A DNA stretch of 64,000 nt from Octopus vulgaris (GCA_951406725.2 OX597839.1:33294001-33358000); one strand, 5' to 3'; shown: positions 1-12,997, counted from the stretch's first letter. The notes: generated by a model not told the origin, from the sequence alone. Numbers and translations: made by a program.

Positions 1-495
1 TTCGATTCCCAGACCGGGCGTTGCGAGTGTTTATTGAGCGAAAACCTCTAAAAAAGCTCCACGAGGCTCTGGCAGGGATGGTGGTGATCCCTGCTGTACT
101 CTTTCACCGTGGAGGCGCAATGGCCCAGTGGTTAGGGCAGCGGACTCGCAGTCGTAGGATCGCGGTTTCGATTCCCAGACCGGGCGTTGTGATTGTTTAT
201 TGAGCGAAAACACCTAAAAAAGCTCCACGAGGCTCCGGCAGGGGATGGTGGTGATCCCTGCTGTACTCTTTCACCACAACTTTCTTTCACTCTTACTTCC
301 TGTTTCTGTTGTACCTGTATTTCAAGGGGCTGGCCTTGTCACTCTCTGTGTCACGCTGAATATCCCCGAGAACTACGTTAAGGGTACACGTGTCTGTGGA
401 GTGCTCAGCCACTTACACGTTAATTTCACGAGCAGGCTGTTCCGTTGATTCGGATCAACCGGAACCCTCGTCGTCGTAACCGACGGAGTGCTTCC
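1..495 (+). mobile_element. SINE family A (tRNA-derived head): partial copy 1-108 followed by a full copy 109-495
   Basis: Head GGAGGCGCAATGGCCCAGTGGTTAGG (A box) ... GGTTTCGATTCC (B box); tail ...CGTAACCGACGGAGTGCTTCCAT. Many copies elsewhere in the window. Confidence 0.85.
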
Positions 496-776
496 ATCCA
501 TTTCTCTATGCGAAACGCAAAACGGATGTAGCAAATGTGTTCCAATAAAGAGAAGACAATGTAAGCATCATGTTGGCAAACTGAACTCGTACTCACATCG
601 ATAGGATCCCTTCTATCATTAACCTCTATTATATTTTTCATATTTATTGTACGAGCAAGATTAATTTCCAAACGAACTATAATTTGATCAAACCATTTAG
701 ATACATCTTTAGAATGAGATAACCGTCTTCCAGCTGAAGCCAGTTTCTTCCAGTTGAAGCCAGTTAAAATTTATTT

Positions 777-943
777 CAGGAGTGGCTGTGTGGTAAGTAG
801 CTTGCTAAGCAATCACATGGTTCCGGGTTCAGTCCCACTGCATGGCATCTTGGGCAAGTGTCTTCTGCTATAGCCCCGGGCCGACCAATGCCTTGTGAGT
901 GGATTTGGTAGATGGAAACTGAAAGAAGCCTGTCGTATATATG

Positions 944-976
<33 letters not shown>

Positions 977-1206
977 TTGTGTGTCTGTGTTTGTTCCCCT
1001 AGCATTGCTTGACAACCGATGCTGGTGTGTTTACGTCCCCGTCACTTAGTGGTTCGGCAAAAGAGACCGATAGAATAAGTACTGGGCTTACAAAAAGAAT
1101 AAGTCCCGGGGTCGAGTTGCTCGATTAAAGGCAGTGCTCCAGCATGGCCGCAGTCAAATGACTGAAACAAGTAAAAGAGTAAAAAAAAAAAAAAAAAAAA
1201 GAGTAA
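777..1206 (+). mobile_element. SINE family B, full length, with internal (TA)n(TG)n
   Basis: Head CAGGAGTGGCTGTGTGGTAAG...GGTTCAGTCCC, core CTTGGGCAAGT, tail GCTCCAGCATGGCCGCAGTCAAATGACTGAAACAAGTAAAAGAG. More than 20 copies in the window. Confidence 0.9.
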
Positions 1207-1536
1207 GATAAATTTTAATTCTTCTAAATTAATTAGTGGTCAGTGTGATGCTATACCAACAGGTATGCCTAATCGTTAACAACTGCATTGGTGAGTAGCA
1301 ATATGTCAGTCAACGAGAATTACTATGTCCGCCAACACAAATTACTACTCATTATCAATGCCTTATGATGAAGCATTGAGAGTGAGTGTGTGACACTGCA
1401 TTGGTGGATAAATGTTCTTTATTTCTGGGCTACCATGGCCACCTATGAAACCATTAGTAGTCTTGGTTTCATGTAACAGGCTTCTCTTAATTTTTAAGCC
1501 TTGCATACCAACCTTACATATATGAGACCTACATAC

Positions 1537-1780
1537 TGTCCTTGGGGAGAGTATCAGAAGGCATCAAGAGGAATATAAAGGAAATTGGGAAAGAGTGCCC
1601 CGTAGAACTGTTACAAAAGGTTTGCCTCCTTGGCACGGCCAGAATAATCAGGAAAGCATTAGAGAGCTGAAGAGAATGGATCGCATGGTGCCGTAGGCTG
1701 CAGGTAGCAAGACTGCTACACATGCAAGACTCCAGGAGTTCAAAGAAAACCTGCGATAAAGCGAAATAATCATAATAATG
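1537..1780 (+). mobile_element. R4/Dong-like (RLE) non-LTR retrotransposon 3' fragment
   Basis: Translates as ...RVSEGIKRNIKEIGKECPVELLQKVCLLGTARIIRKALES*, the typical R4/Dong C-terminus (LQK..LLGTA.I.RK), followed by a short UTR and a TAA-like tail. Confidence 0.75.
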
Positions 1781-1784
1781 ATCT

Positions 1785-2187
1785 CTCTCTCTTTTACTTG
1801 TTTCAGTCATGTGACTGTGGCCATGCTGGAGCACCACCTTTATTCGAGCAAATCGACCCCGGGACTTATTCTTTGTAAGCCCAGTACTTATTCTATCGGT
1901 CTCTTTTTGCCGAACCACTAAGTGACGGGGACGTAAACACACCAGCATCGGTTGTCAAGCAATGCTAGGGGGACAAACACAGACACACAAACATATACAC
2001 ACACATACATATATATATATACATATAAACGATGGGCTTCTTTCAGTTTCCGTCTACCAAATCCACTCACAAGGCATTGGTCGGCCCGCCGCTATAGCAG
2101 AAGACACTTGCCCAAGATGCCACGCAGTGGGACTGAACCCGGAACCATGTGTTTGGTTAGCATGCTACTTACCACACAGCCAGTGCC
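1785..2187 (-). mobile_element. SINE family B, full length
   Basis: Reverse complement of 777-1206. Confidence 0.9.
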
Positions 2188-2648
2188 TCCTTATCATAAT
2201 AATGATGTTGATGATGATAATTTCTTTAAATTTCTATTTTCAGTTTTACGGAACATAATAAAAACAAACAAACAAACACAGGTTAAAATAAATAAAACGA
2301 ATTCTATGTTGAATCCTTTTAATGGACCGATTAAATTGCTGAAGCGTCTGTTGCTGTTGAAGTCTTGCGCTTCCGCTTCTAGTCTTTCCCACTTTAAAAC
2401 AACAATTGTCTTGTGATGACATATGTTCCAAACAAACCGGTTCCCTCCGTAGGAAGACATTTTACAAGGAGAAACAATGCTGACCAACAGAAGACGATGG
2501 CGGCAGGTGGTGGGAGTTTAAGAGGTTGTGATGTAAAAGGAGAGAGAGGGAGAGGGAGAGAGAGAGAGAGGGAGAGAGAGATAATTGAGTCGAGCAAAAC
2601 GGATTGTTTGCGTGGGAGAGTATATGTGTGTACACCTGCGCAGGTGTT

Positions 2649-2699
<51 letters not shown>

Positions 2700-2950
2700 A
2701 ACGAGAATGTGTGTGTGTGTGTGTGTATGTTTAAATATGTGTAAGTATACAGACATATAAACATATATACATGTACATATATATACATATGTGTGTGTAT
2801 ATATATGTGTATATATACATGTGTATGTAACTTCAATTGCAATTATTCCTCACGTATACATTTAAAGTGTTTCTTATTTATAGATTCCTTGTCATACACC
2901 CATATATACCTGTATATGTGTATGCATGTGTATATGTGTACGTGCATGTG

Positions 2951-3003
<53 letters not shown>

Positions 3004-3306
3004 GTATATGTGTGTGTGTACGTGTATATATGCTTCTATATATGTGTATATGTGTGTGTGTGTTTGTGTGCATGTTTATATTCTAAGAAATTCACATGTA
3101 TCCTTAGACACACTAATTTCTAGCATAATTTTTCCTTCGCTCTGAGAATCTTTAGCAAAGAATTGTTCCAATTATCTTCGAGGTGATTACAGTGATGAGA
3201 AATTTAGGATTAAGAGCAAAAAAATAAATAAATAAATAAATAAATGACAAAAAATGAAATAAAAAGAACAAAAACGACACAAAGTGCTTCTGCACCGTCT
3301 TTGCTG

Positions 3307-3307
<1 letters not shown>

Positions 3308-3340
<33 letters not shown>

Positions 3341-4003
3341 GTAATAATAATAATAATAATAGTAATAATAATAGTAATAATAAAAATAATAATAATTATA
3401 ATAAAAGTAAAAATAATAATTATAATAATAAAAAAATAATAATAATAATAATTGATAATCATGATAAATAATGAGTTAATAATAATGATAATAATAATAA
3501 TATTAATAATAATGATAATAATAATAATGATAATAATAATAATAATAATAATAGTAATAATAATAAAAATAATAAAAATAATAATAATTATAATAAAAGT
3601 AAAAATAATAATTATAATAAAAAAATAATAATAATAATAATTGATAATGATGATAAATAATGAGTTAATAATAATGATAATAATAATAATATTAATAATA
3701 ATAACAATAATAATAAAAATAATAATAATAATAATAGTAATAATAATAAAAATAATTATAATAAAAATAATAATAATAATAATAACAATAATGATAATAA
3801 TAATAATAACAATAATAAAAATAACAATAATAATAAAAATAATAATAATTATAATAAAAGTAAAAATAATAATAAAAATAATAATTATAATAAAAAGATA
3901 ATAATAATAATTGATAATAATAATAATTGATAATAATGATAAATAATGAGTTAATAATAATGATGATAATAATTTTAATAATGATATAATGATAATGATA
4001 ATA
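3308..4003. repeat. (AAT)n microsatellite with higher-order ~190-290 bp duplication
   Basis: The variant block TGATAAATAATGAGTTAATAATAATGAT recurs three times (~3462, ~3651, ~3937). Confidence 0.9.
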
Positions 4004-4124
4004 GTGCTGTAGGTAATAGTAGTGTTAGTAGCATCAGTCCGTTTGCTATTGGCATCAGGTATTCCAGCTTTTACTGCCAAATCCCAAGAGTCACAGATAC
4101 ATTAATCCACGGACGTCATTACAT

Positions 4125-4268
4125 GACCACCACCACCACCATCGCCCTTGCCACTACAACTACTAAAAATGGCAAGCACTTGTACCAGCACCGTCATGAC
4201 CACCATTACCATTACCCTCATCAGCGTCGGAAGCACCGCGACCATTCTCGTTACCTGTTCAACCACCA

Positions 4269-4299
<31 letters not shown>

Positions 4300-5085
4300 C
4301 AGCATCGCCACCACGACCACCACCACCACCATTACGACAACCACCCCCGCTGTCATCAGTACTACGGCTTTTACACATTGTCGTCATCCTCCTCCTCCTT
4401 ATAATTACCATGATCTTAATTATCATCACCATCATCATCATTATCACCACTATCATCATTACCATCTTCATCACCATCATCGTTGTCATCATCGTTGTCT
4501 TGGTCTTCAGCACCATCGTCGCAACCAACATCATCATCATCATTGTCATCATTACCATCATCATCATCATCATTACTATCATTACCATCATCATCATCAT
4601 TTCCAATTACATCACCATTATTAACATCTTCCTACACCACCAACATCCTCAAACGCCTCCTTCAATGACCACTATGACCGTCAACACCACCACCACCACC
4701 AGCATCATCACTTACACCACCACGCTTCTCACCAGAACTGCCACCATCACCACTAGCATCAGCACCACCACTGCCACCACCACCACCGCCACAACCACCA
4801 CTGTCACCACCACCAACAACAACAACAATACGACCTCTATCACTACCACCATCACAAAAACCACCACCACCACCATCGTCTCCTCCTCCTACGACAATCA
4901 TCACCACCACCACCATCGTCTCCTCCTCCTACGACAATCATCACCACCACCACCACCATGGTCTCCTCCTCCTACTACAATCATCACCACCACCACCACC
5001 ATCGTCTCCTCCTCCTACTACAATCACCACCACCACCACTCCTCCTCCTACTACAATCACCACCACCACCACCACCACCGCATCT
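4125..5085. repeat. Compound trinucleotide low-complexity tract (CAC/CAT/CAG/CAA) with ~45-bp internal repeats
   Basis: Visible directly; CCATCGTCTCCTCCTCCTAC recurs between 4870 and 5060. Confidence 0.85.
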
Positions 5086-5683
5086 TCCTCGACCCTTCCC
5101 TCCCACCCTCTTACGGTTTGTCCAAATCACTGGAGATTTTGCAAGGAAAAATCTCATTTCACTGAGGAATTAAATTCTGATATGTGTGTGTGTGTGTGTG
5201 TGTTTATGTAAATGCCAACTTGTCTGTTTTATTCTGTGTGTGTGTATGCCCCATCATGTGTGTGTGTGTGTGTGTGTAGGTGTATGCAAAGTGGTTGAGT
5301 GAATGACGATTGAAATGGTTGTACACATTTTTTTTGATGATGTGTATAAATTCTTTAGACATCATCTATTTCTAAATATATAAACACGCACAAACACGCC
5401 CACGTGCATATCAGTAACACGGTTTCGCTGTTGTGGTCGCAGTTGGATCGACGAAAACAGACGTCAAACAATAAATGTTTAAGTGAAGTTAACAGTCATT
5501 GTGTTTTGAATGCTAATGCATCTTCCAAACTGTAATTCTTTGTTTTATATATGTGCATATATATATATGTGTGTGTGTGTGTAGTTAATAAATCGTATGT
5601 TATACACCTGGTAATTTGCCGGTAAAGTAATTAATGCAATTAGTGAGAGGGACGGAAGATAGAATATACGAGAATCTTTATCG

Positions 5684-5751
5684 ATCACTACAATTGTTTC
5701 GATCCATCTAGCTTCGATCCCTCACGGTGTAGATGTGTCTCCTCAAGTGAT
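5684..5751 (-). ncRNA. Degenerate type I hammerhead-like motif (Penelope-type)
   Basis: Minus strand: ATCAC-TTGAGGA-[helix II with CATCTA/TAGATG]-GAAAC-AATT-GTA-GTGAT. Helix I is ATCAC/GTGAT and the helix III loop is palindromic. Confidence 0.45.
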
Positions 5752-6056
5752 TTCAAGAGGTTTCTTGTTAAAACGGACTGTTTCGCACACTTTATTACTC
5801 CTTGTTTTCTTTTTGGTTTTCATAGATAGAAATGGCAGATTAAAGGACACAGCTTCATTCTTAGAGAAGATCAATAACAAAGATCAGATAAAACACAAAT
5901 AAAAAAAAGCAAATACACAATAAGCATATACAATAATTTCCTTCGCTTTATTGTGTATTTAAGACCAACAAACGCCCCCTGATGAAGTCAGCAGGAACTG
6001 CTGGTGCCTGCCTGCCTGCCTGCCATCCATCCATCCATCCATACATATATATATAT

Positions 6057-6352
6057 CGCTCACAACATCATAAGCGGAAAGTGTAACCTCTCGAAAGAGC
6101 TGTTCTTCACTCCTGCTCCAGAGCATCGGTTGCGGGGTCACTCCGAAAAGCTCTATCTGCGACGATTTCATCTCAATCGAAGGAGAGGGGCTTTCTCCGT
6201 CTGGGTTGCGGATCCGTGGAATAAGCTGCTGGACGAGATGGTAAAGATGCCGACGACCGCTCGGTTCAAAGTCTCTCTTGACCAGAAATGGCCTGAACTC
6301 TTTGCATGAACACCCTCCCTGTACATAACTCCATGTCCCCCAAAATGAACTT
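6057..6352 (+). mobile_element. CR1-type LINE ORF2 C-terminal fragment
   Basis: ...FFTPAPEHRLRGHSEKLYLRRFHLNRRRGAFSVWVADPWNKLLDEMV...FKVSLD matches the CR1 ORF2 tail pattern RGH..KL...R..FS.RV...WN.L...FK..LD. Confidence 0.8.
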
Positions 6353-6439
6353 AACATATATATATATTCGTTTCAACCATGTGGCTGCGGTCATGCTGTA
6401 GCACTACCTCGATGTATATCTCCCTCCCCATATATTCAT

Positions 6440-6601
6440 ACAAGATACAGAAATATAAAAAGTCATGAAGACGAGGTAAAAACAAACAGGATGTATGAAG
6501 TTGGCATTCAAGAAAATCAGAAGTGTTTAATGTTTCGCGCCTACGCCTTTCTTCAGGAAGAATAGATGAAAAGAGAGAAAAATAAAGAGAGAAGAACAAC
6601 C
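6440..6601 (-). mobile_element. Penelope-like terminal fragment in (TA)n with hammerhead core
   Basis: Minus strand CTGAAGA-AAGGCGTAGGCGC-GAAACATT; related in layout to the fragments at 8559 and 59257. Confidence 0.5.
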
Positions 6602-6613
6602 ATATATATGTAA

Positions 6614-6657
<44 letters not shown>

Positions 6658-7341
6658 ATATATACATACATACATGTATACATACATAAATGGATAAATA
6701 CATGCATATATACATACATGGATATATAAATACATACATACACATAAGCACACATACATACAAGCACATATACATACATACATATATATACATGCATATA
6801 TATGAATGCTTATATACATACATATATATATGCACATATACATGCACATATACATACATATATATATATGCACATATACGTATATACATATGCACATACG
6901 CATATATACATATATACATATATATACATGCATATATACACATATATATGCATATATACACATATATATGCATATATATATACATATATATATGCATATA
7001 TATATGCATGCATATATACATATATATATATGCATGCATATATACATATATATGCATATATATATATATATATGCATATATTTATATATATATATGCATA
7101 TATATATGCATGCATATATACATATATATGCATATATATATATATGCATATATACATATATATGCATATATATATACATGCATATATACATATATATGCA
7201 TATATATATATGCATATATATATATGCATATATATATACATGCATATATACATATATATGCATATATATATATGCATATATATATATATATATATGCATA
7301 TATTTATATATGTAATATATGCCTGTATGCTTGTATATCTG

Positions 7342-7374
<33 letters not shown>

Positions 7375-7416
7375 TGATAAATACATATATACACACACAC
7401 ACATACATATGCATAT
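6602..7416. repeat. TA-rich minisatellite (CATATATATATG-type units)
   Basis: Visible directly. Confidence 0.9.
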
Positions 7417-7689
7417 GTTCTTAACTCTCTATATTTAAACGCACACCAGCCCTGGCAGAGCCAGTCTATAATAAACACCTTCCAACCGTAGCCATCTTTC
7501 TATCAGGAACTACATTCTGAAATCTTCAGGAAATCTTTCTCTATTCACAAAGGTGAGCCTCCATTCAGCAAACACACATTCTGGCTTAAAAAAAAGCTTA
7601 GTTTCACAAGACAGTCATTGAGACAGTTACATTAACCAACATCTCAATAATAACAGCTACGAATCTAAAATTATAAGCAAAGTATAGTT

Positions 7690-7975
7690 TTATACAGAAT
7701 TCTCAATGACTCGCCTCAGATATTTTGCTTTATCTTTAGTATTATGTTATCGTCTGCCGAATAATTGATTTTTTTCTATGGTGCATACTTTATTTTCGTT
7801 ATCCCAGATCATTATGTCTGGTCTGTTGCACCTGAATTTTATAGAGATCTTTGCACGAACATTCCACCATTGATCTATCAGATAATGGATGTGTATGATC
7901 CCATCTCTGTATCATTGTAGCTTCTTACAATTTCGTCCTTAAGATCATCCAGTGTACGGCTGTATCGCATTTTAA
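7690..7975 (-). mobile_element. Decayed RLE-endonuclease fragment of an R2/R4-group retrotransposon
   Basis: Minus strand reads QWWNVRAKISIKFRCNRPDIMIWDNENKVCTIE(frameshift)INYSADDNII, containing the NRPD..I.D restriction-like endonuclease motif. Confidence 0.65.
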
Positions 7976-8138
7976 TTTATAGGTATTTGGATATGTGTGT
8001 TTGTGCATATATATACTTTTTGAGATCTAGTTATAAGTTGTATGTTTTATAAAAATATATATTATTTGTTATTTATGTATTGGTTTATGTCTATCAATGT
8101 TTGAGTTGCATAATAGTGGTTTTATCTCTAATTTATAT

Positions 8139-8176
<38 letters not shown>

Positions 8177-8271
8177 ATATATGAGGTTGTTTTTTGTAGG
8201 GTTGTTTTGGCATTTTCTATCTTGACTTTTTTTCCATATATATATATATATATACATACATATGTGTATGC

Positions 8272-8311
<40 letters not shown>

Positions 8312-8313
<2 letters not shown>

Positions 8314-8518
8314 TTAATCCAAACAAGAAAACACAAAAAAACACAACAACGCGAGGACGTGGAACAAATATAGTATTATTGGACGCTCAGGAAAGAAGGA
8401 AAGAAGGAGGGTTTAACTTTTCGAGCGGAGCTCTATGTCGGAAACATAGGAGAAGGAAAGATCCAGAGAAGGGAAGACAGAGGAAAAAAAAAAAAAATCG
8501 CCAACGTTACACACGAGG

Positions 8519-8520
<2 letters not shown>
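8312..8520 (-). mobile_element. ~200-bp Penelope-like fragment, family P1, in (TA)n
   Basis: Near-identical copies at 14680-14867 and 31953-32149; minus strand carries a hammerhead-like motif; flanked by (TA)n. Confidence 0.65.
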
Positions 8521-8558
<38 letters not shown>

Positions 8559-8560
<2 letters not shown>

Positions 8561-8720
8561 TTGAAATTTATAGAAAACAAAAGACAAAGACAGGTGTATG
8601 AATCACAAGCAGGTGTATTAGTTTGATGCTGGGAAAAAATGAAAATGTCTTTTACGTTTCGAGCCTCCGCTCTTCAACAGAAAGGAATAAAAGAAAATAA
8701 ACAGAGAGAGAATGAAAAAA
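8559..8720 (-). mobile_element. Penelope-like fragment, family P2, in (TA)n
   Basis: Second copy at 59257-59420. Minus strand CTTT-CTGTTGA-AGAGC-GGAG-GCTC-GAAAC-GTA-AAAG. Confidence 0.6.
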
Positions 8721-8824
8721 TATATACATATATCACATAACCACGTGGCCGACTATCAGATGTTAAACACTGCTGGTCACAATGCGCTTTGCATAGTTCC
8801 CCCCTCTTTGTCTGTCTGTCTCTG

Positions 8825-9420
8825 TATTTTTATAGTGAAAAGGAAGATAGTGAGCATGGAAAAGGAAGCACAAAGTTTAACAAAAATGGTGTTAGTTTAA
8901 CGCTCTACGGAGAAAGAGTCTTAGTATTTCGGACGCTAATCCCTCATCAGAATAAAAGAAATCAAAGAGAAGTATAAGGAGAGTGACAAAGAGAAACAAT
9001 CACTGTACAGTAAAAGAGGGTGGAAGGCACAGAAAGAAAATGAAGGGTTAGAAACCAGGAGGGATTTTTGTTGTAAATGGGAGTTAAGATGGGTGGAAAG
9101 AGTGGGTGGGTAGATGGGTGTATTAGAGTGTATGTGTAAATGGAAACTGGAATAAGGAAGAGTGATGTGTGCGGGCGTTTACATGTGTGTGTGTATGTGT
9201 GTGTATGTTATTAGTTGTGTGTGTTGGTTAGTGGTTTGAGGTGTGTTGATACGTGAGTGATTGTTGGGTGGGAAGTGTTGGGTGAGAGTGTATGCAAGCG
9301 TGAAGAAAGGTTTTGATTAAAGTGCATGGAAGGGAAAGAGCAAAGTGGAAGGTGTTTAATGGTGAGGATGCAAGTGTGTAAGAAAAGTATGCAAGAGCAG
9401 GGACAATGTGTACATTGTAT
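8825..9420 (-). mobile_element. Decayed Penelope-like 3' region with canonical CTGATGA core
   Basis: Minus strand CTGATGA-GGGA-TTAGCG-TCC-GAAA at 8927-8950, next to a long low-complexity tail. Confidence 0.35.
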
Positions 9421-9422
9421 GC

Positions 9423-9462
<40 letters not shown>

Positions 9463-9464
<2 letters not shown>

Positions 9465-9650
9465 GGTGGCACGTAAAAAGCACCCACTACACTCACGGAG
9501 TGGTTGGCGTTAGGAAGGGCATCCAGCCGTAGAAACACTGCCAGATTTGACTGGGCCTGATGAAGCCTTCTGGCTTCACAGACCCCAGCAGAACCGTCCA
9601 ACCCATGCTAGCATGGAAAACGGACGCTAAATGATGATGATGATGATGAT
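9463..9650 (+). mobile_element. SINE module D (RTE-like 3' end, (GAT)n tail)
   Basis: ...GGAAGGGCATCCAGC...CCAACCCATGCTAGCATGGAAAACGGACGCTAAA(TGA)n; other copies at 11079-11461 (+) and 20475-20730 (-). Confidence 0.75.
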
Positions 9651-9837
9651 GTAATTAGATATATGTAAATGTATATATGCATGTAGATAGATGCAAGTAT
9701 ATATAGTTATATATATATGTATATATATATATACATACATACACATATATACATATATATATATACATATACATATATACATATATATACATGTATATAT
9801 ATATATGTATATATATATGTATATATGTGTATGTATG

Positions 9838-9869
<32 letters not shown>

Positions 9870-10021
9870 CATATACATATATACATATACACATATATAT
9901 ACATGTATATATATATGTATATATGTGTATGTATGTATATATATATATATATATATACATATATATGTGTATATATATATATGTGTGTATATATATATGT
10001 GTGTGTATATATATGTGTGTG

Positions 10022-10052
<31 letters not shown>

Positions 10053-10079
10053 ATATATGTCTGTATATATATGTGTGCG

Positions 10080-10116
<37 letters not shown>

Positions 10117-10543
10117 ATATGTATATATGCATATGTGTGTATGTATATATATATATATATATTTGTATATGTCAATTTGAACCTAAGTCCATGTTTTTTT
10201 AAGTTAATAAGCTTCATTAGCAAGAAGAAGAAGGCAACCGTTAAAATCCCTGTTTGTTATTATCTACGCTGTGGTTGTTACAAAATACGGTTATCACAAA
10301 TTGAGCATGAAGCGAAATAGGAACGTGCCGAAACGCCATTTCTTTAAAAAAAACGGTCTCCTTACTTGAATCAAACTTCACTCAAAGGTCTCTACTATCA
10401 AGGAATTTAGTGTTAAACATCTCTTTAAACAAATATTCTTAAAAATACTGCAAGATATATTTTCGTGCGACAGTTTATAAGAATGCTCAACAAATTTGTA
10501 TCAGTACAACTACTGTAATGGGACCCTAGTTCTCATACTCTAA

Positions 10544-10764
10544 CCCTTTTGTTACTAATCCGGCCAAAACCGGCTCTAGCTCTGTGGTAAAAATGTCTTG
10601 TTTTCATAAGTTTAGAATTAAAATCTTCCACCACACCTTAGTCACAATTTACATTCCTAACTCTAGTTTGATGATAACTAAGTTATTTTACAAAATTCTT
10701 TGTTATGTTTAAAATAATTGAAAGAAACACAGAGCATCTCAAAATAAATACAGTAATGAAAGGG
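10544..10764. mobile_element. piggyBac-type MITE (degenerate)
   Basis: Termini CCCTTTTGTTACT ... AGTAATGAAAGGG, flanked by TTAA-like CTAA and TTAC. Confidence 0.55.
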
Positions 10765-10911
10765 TTACGTGATCATCAAGCTTGAACAATTATGCAAATT
10801 AAGTACACCTGGCTTAATCTTGTTAACATTTTTAGAGGTAGCTTGACGTTAGCTTATCTGAGCGATTTGAAAGGTAGATAAGTGGATCTGGATGAGGATT
10901 TAATAAATGAC

Positions 10912-11593
10912 GAAGGTGTGGCTGCGTAGTAAGAAATTTGCTTCCCAACCACATGTTCTTAGGTTCAATCTCATTGTGTCACAGCTTGGGCAGGTGTCTT
11001 TACTCACTATGACATCGGGCTGTCCAAAGCCTGGCAGACGGGAACTGAAAGGAGCTCGTATATATATATATACATATATACCAGTGGCAGTGGCATGTAA
11101 GAGAACCATCCGAACATGGCCGTAGCCAGCGCTGCCCGACTGGCCTCCGTGCCCATGGCACGTAAAAAGCACCATCCGACCGTGGCCGTTGGCAGCTTCG
11201 TCTGGTCTCCGTGCCGGTGGCATGTAAAAAGCCCCATCCGATCATGGCCGTTCGCCAGCCTCGTCTGGCACCTGTGCAGGTGGCACATAAAAAGCACCCA
11301 CTACACTCACTGAGTGGTTGGTGTTAGGAAGGGCAACCAGCTGTAGAAACACTGCCAGATCAGACTGGGCCTGGTGCAGCCTTCTGGCTTCCCAGACCCC
11401 GGTTGAACTGTCCAACCCATGCCAGCATGGAAAGCGGACGTTAAATGATGATGATGATGATATATACGGATCAAACTCCAAATAAATTTGTTGAGTGCCC
11501 TTTTTGTGTGTGTGTGTGTGTTTGTGTCTGTGTTTCACCTCCGCTTGACAACCAGTGTTGGTGTATTTACGTCCCTGTAATTTAGCGGTTCCG
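10912..11593 (+). mobile_element. Composite SINE: B head + module D with ~60-bp tandem units + partial B 3' half
   Basis: B head 10912-11060; D 11079-11461 with repeated GTGGCA(C/T)(G/A)TAAAAAGCACC units; B second half 11505-11593. Confidence 0.75.
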
Positions 11594-11683
11594 AGGGAGA
11601 TTACCAAAAGTACCGATATTTCTCATAAAACGTGGGGAGATAACCCAATATTTTAATTGGGGTGAAATAACCAACAAGCACCT

Positions 11684-11745
11684 ATACATACATACATACA
11701 TATACACACACACATACATACACACACACACACATACATACATAC

Positions 11746-11776
<31 letters not shown>

Positions 11777-11832
11777 CATACATACATACATACATACATA
11801 CATACATACATACATACATACATACATACACA

Positions 11833-11864
<32 letters not shown>

Positions 11865-11866
11865 CA

Positions 11867-11914
<48 letters not shown>

Positions 11915-11940
11915 CACATACATATATATACACACATACA
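11684..11940. repeat. (CATA)n microsatellite
   Basis: Visible directly. Confidence 0.95.
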
Positions 11941-12088
11941 CATGCAAGCACACGAGCATCTGTACATGCATTCATTCACATGTACACATAAAAGATACAG
12001 AAATACACGCATAGAAATATACTTCTATATTTAGGCATACATGCATATATACACATGCATGCATATATACACATATGCATACTTATAT

Positions 12089-12285
12089 TGTTATAGCGAG
12101 AATGATGACACCCCCTGTAAGAATAGACTAGCCATGTTTGACAGAGAGGGAGAGGGGGGAAGAGATAAGAAATCGCAGGAAGTCAAAAGGTGTCGTTCCT
12201 GAGTTTGTGGAATCGCAGGAAATCGTTGAGAAGTTGTTATAGTTCGTTGAGAGTTGTTTTGGATTGGTTACAGTTGGCGGCAGAG
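12089..12285 (+). mobile_element. Possible LTR remnant with primer-binding site
   Basis: TGTTATAG...GGTTACA followed 2 nt later by TGGCGGCAGAG, resembling a Gypsy-type tRNA PBS. Confidence 0.35.
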
Positions 12286-12343
12286 TATTTGGGAATACAT
12301 CAAGTGAAAACAGTTGGTGCCTACTCCGATCTGTGGTACTATA

Positions 12344-12579
12344 CGGGGTTGGCCAAAAGCCCCCCCTGACAGTAAATCAAGATCCCCTAAATACCATCTG
12401 TAATCCTGTATTGACTGGAATGGAAAAAATGTGTCGCTCAAGAAGGACTTCAGTTTGAACAATTTTCATGATGTTTCATATTTCGATGCTTTTGTTAAAT
12501 TCATTCAGTTGTTAGACATAAATAAATCTTGGAATTAAATGGGTTTGATTTACTCTCAGCTGACTTTCGGCCATACCTG
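12344..12579 (+). mobile_element. Tc1/mariner-type MITE, copy 1
   Basis: TA-CGGGGTTGGCCAAAAG ... CTTTCGGCCATACCTG-TA; homologous throughout to 13498-13732. Confidence 0.75.
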
Positions 12580-12679
12580 TATAACAATCAATATGTACGA
12601 AGAAAATCATACCTTTATTTTAAATCACACCTTAAAAATCCAACAATTCTTTCAACTGCATTAACATATACATACATAC

Positions 12680-12737
12680 TATATACACACACACACATAT
12701 TTATATACATTATATATACACACACATATTTATATAC

Positions 12738-12773
<36 letters not shown>

Positions 12774-12823
12774 TATTTATATACATTATATATATATATA
12801 CACACACACATATTTATATACAT

Positions 12824-12859
<36 letters not shown>

Positions 12860-12952
12860 TATTTATATACATTATATATATATATATATATACACACACA
12901 TATTTATATACATTATATATATATATATATATACACACACATATTTATATAC

Positions 12953-12986
<34 letters not shown>

Positions 12987-12997
12987 TATTTATATAC

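Noticed and set aside
110-190. tRNA gene
   Set aside because: A and B boxes are present, but the sequence continues into a SINE body and is multi-copy with TSDs.
776-1015. Recurrent ORFs such as MSSNARGTNT... and ...EDTCPRCHAVGLNP
   Set aside because: They are translations of SINE-B copies, not a gene family.
2194-2530. Possible exon or ORF (WERLEAEAQDFNSNRRF...)
   Set aside because: No convincing splice-site pair and no recognisable homology; treated as a non-coding island.
3187-5165. Long ORFs of 150-300 aa (poly-I, poly-H, poly-T)
   Set aside because: They are translations of trinucleotide microsatellites, open in several frames and on both strands, with no domain content.
6527-7478. 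Overlapping YI/CV/HT-rich ORFs (also at 9.6-10.3, 47.8-50.3, 58.2-59.1 and 62.8-63.5 kb)
   Set aside because: Di- and tetranucleotide repeats lack stop codons, so these are artefacts.
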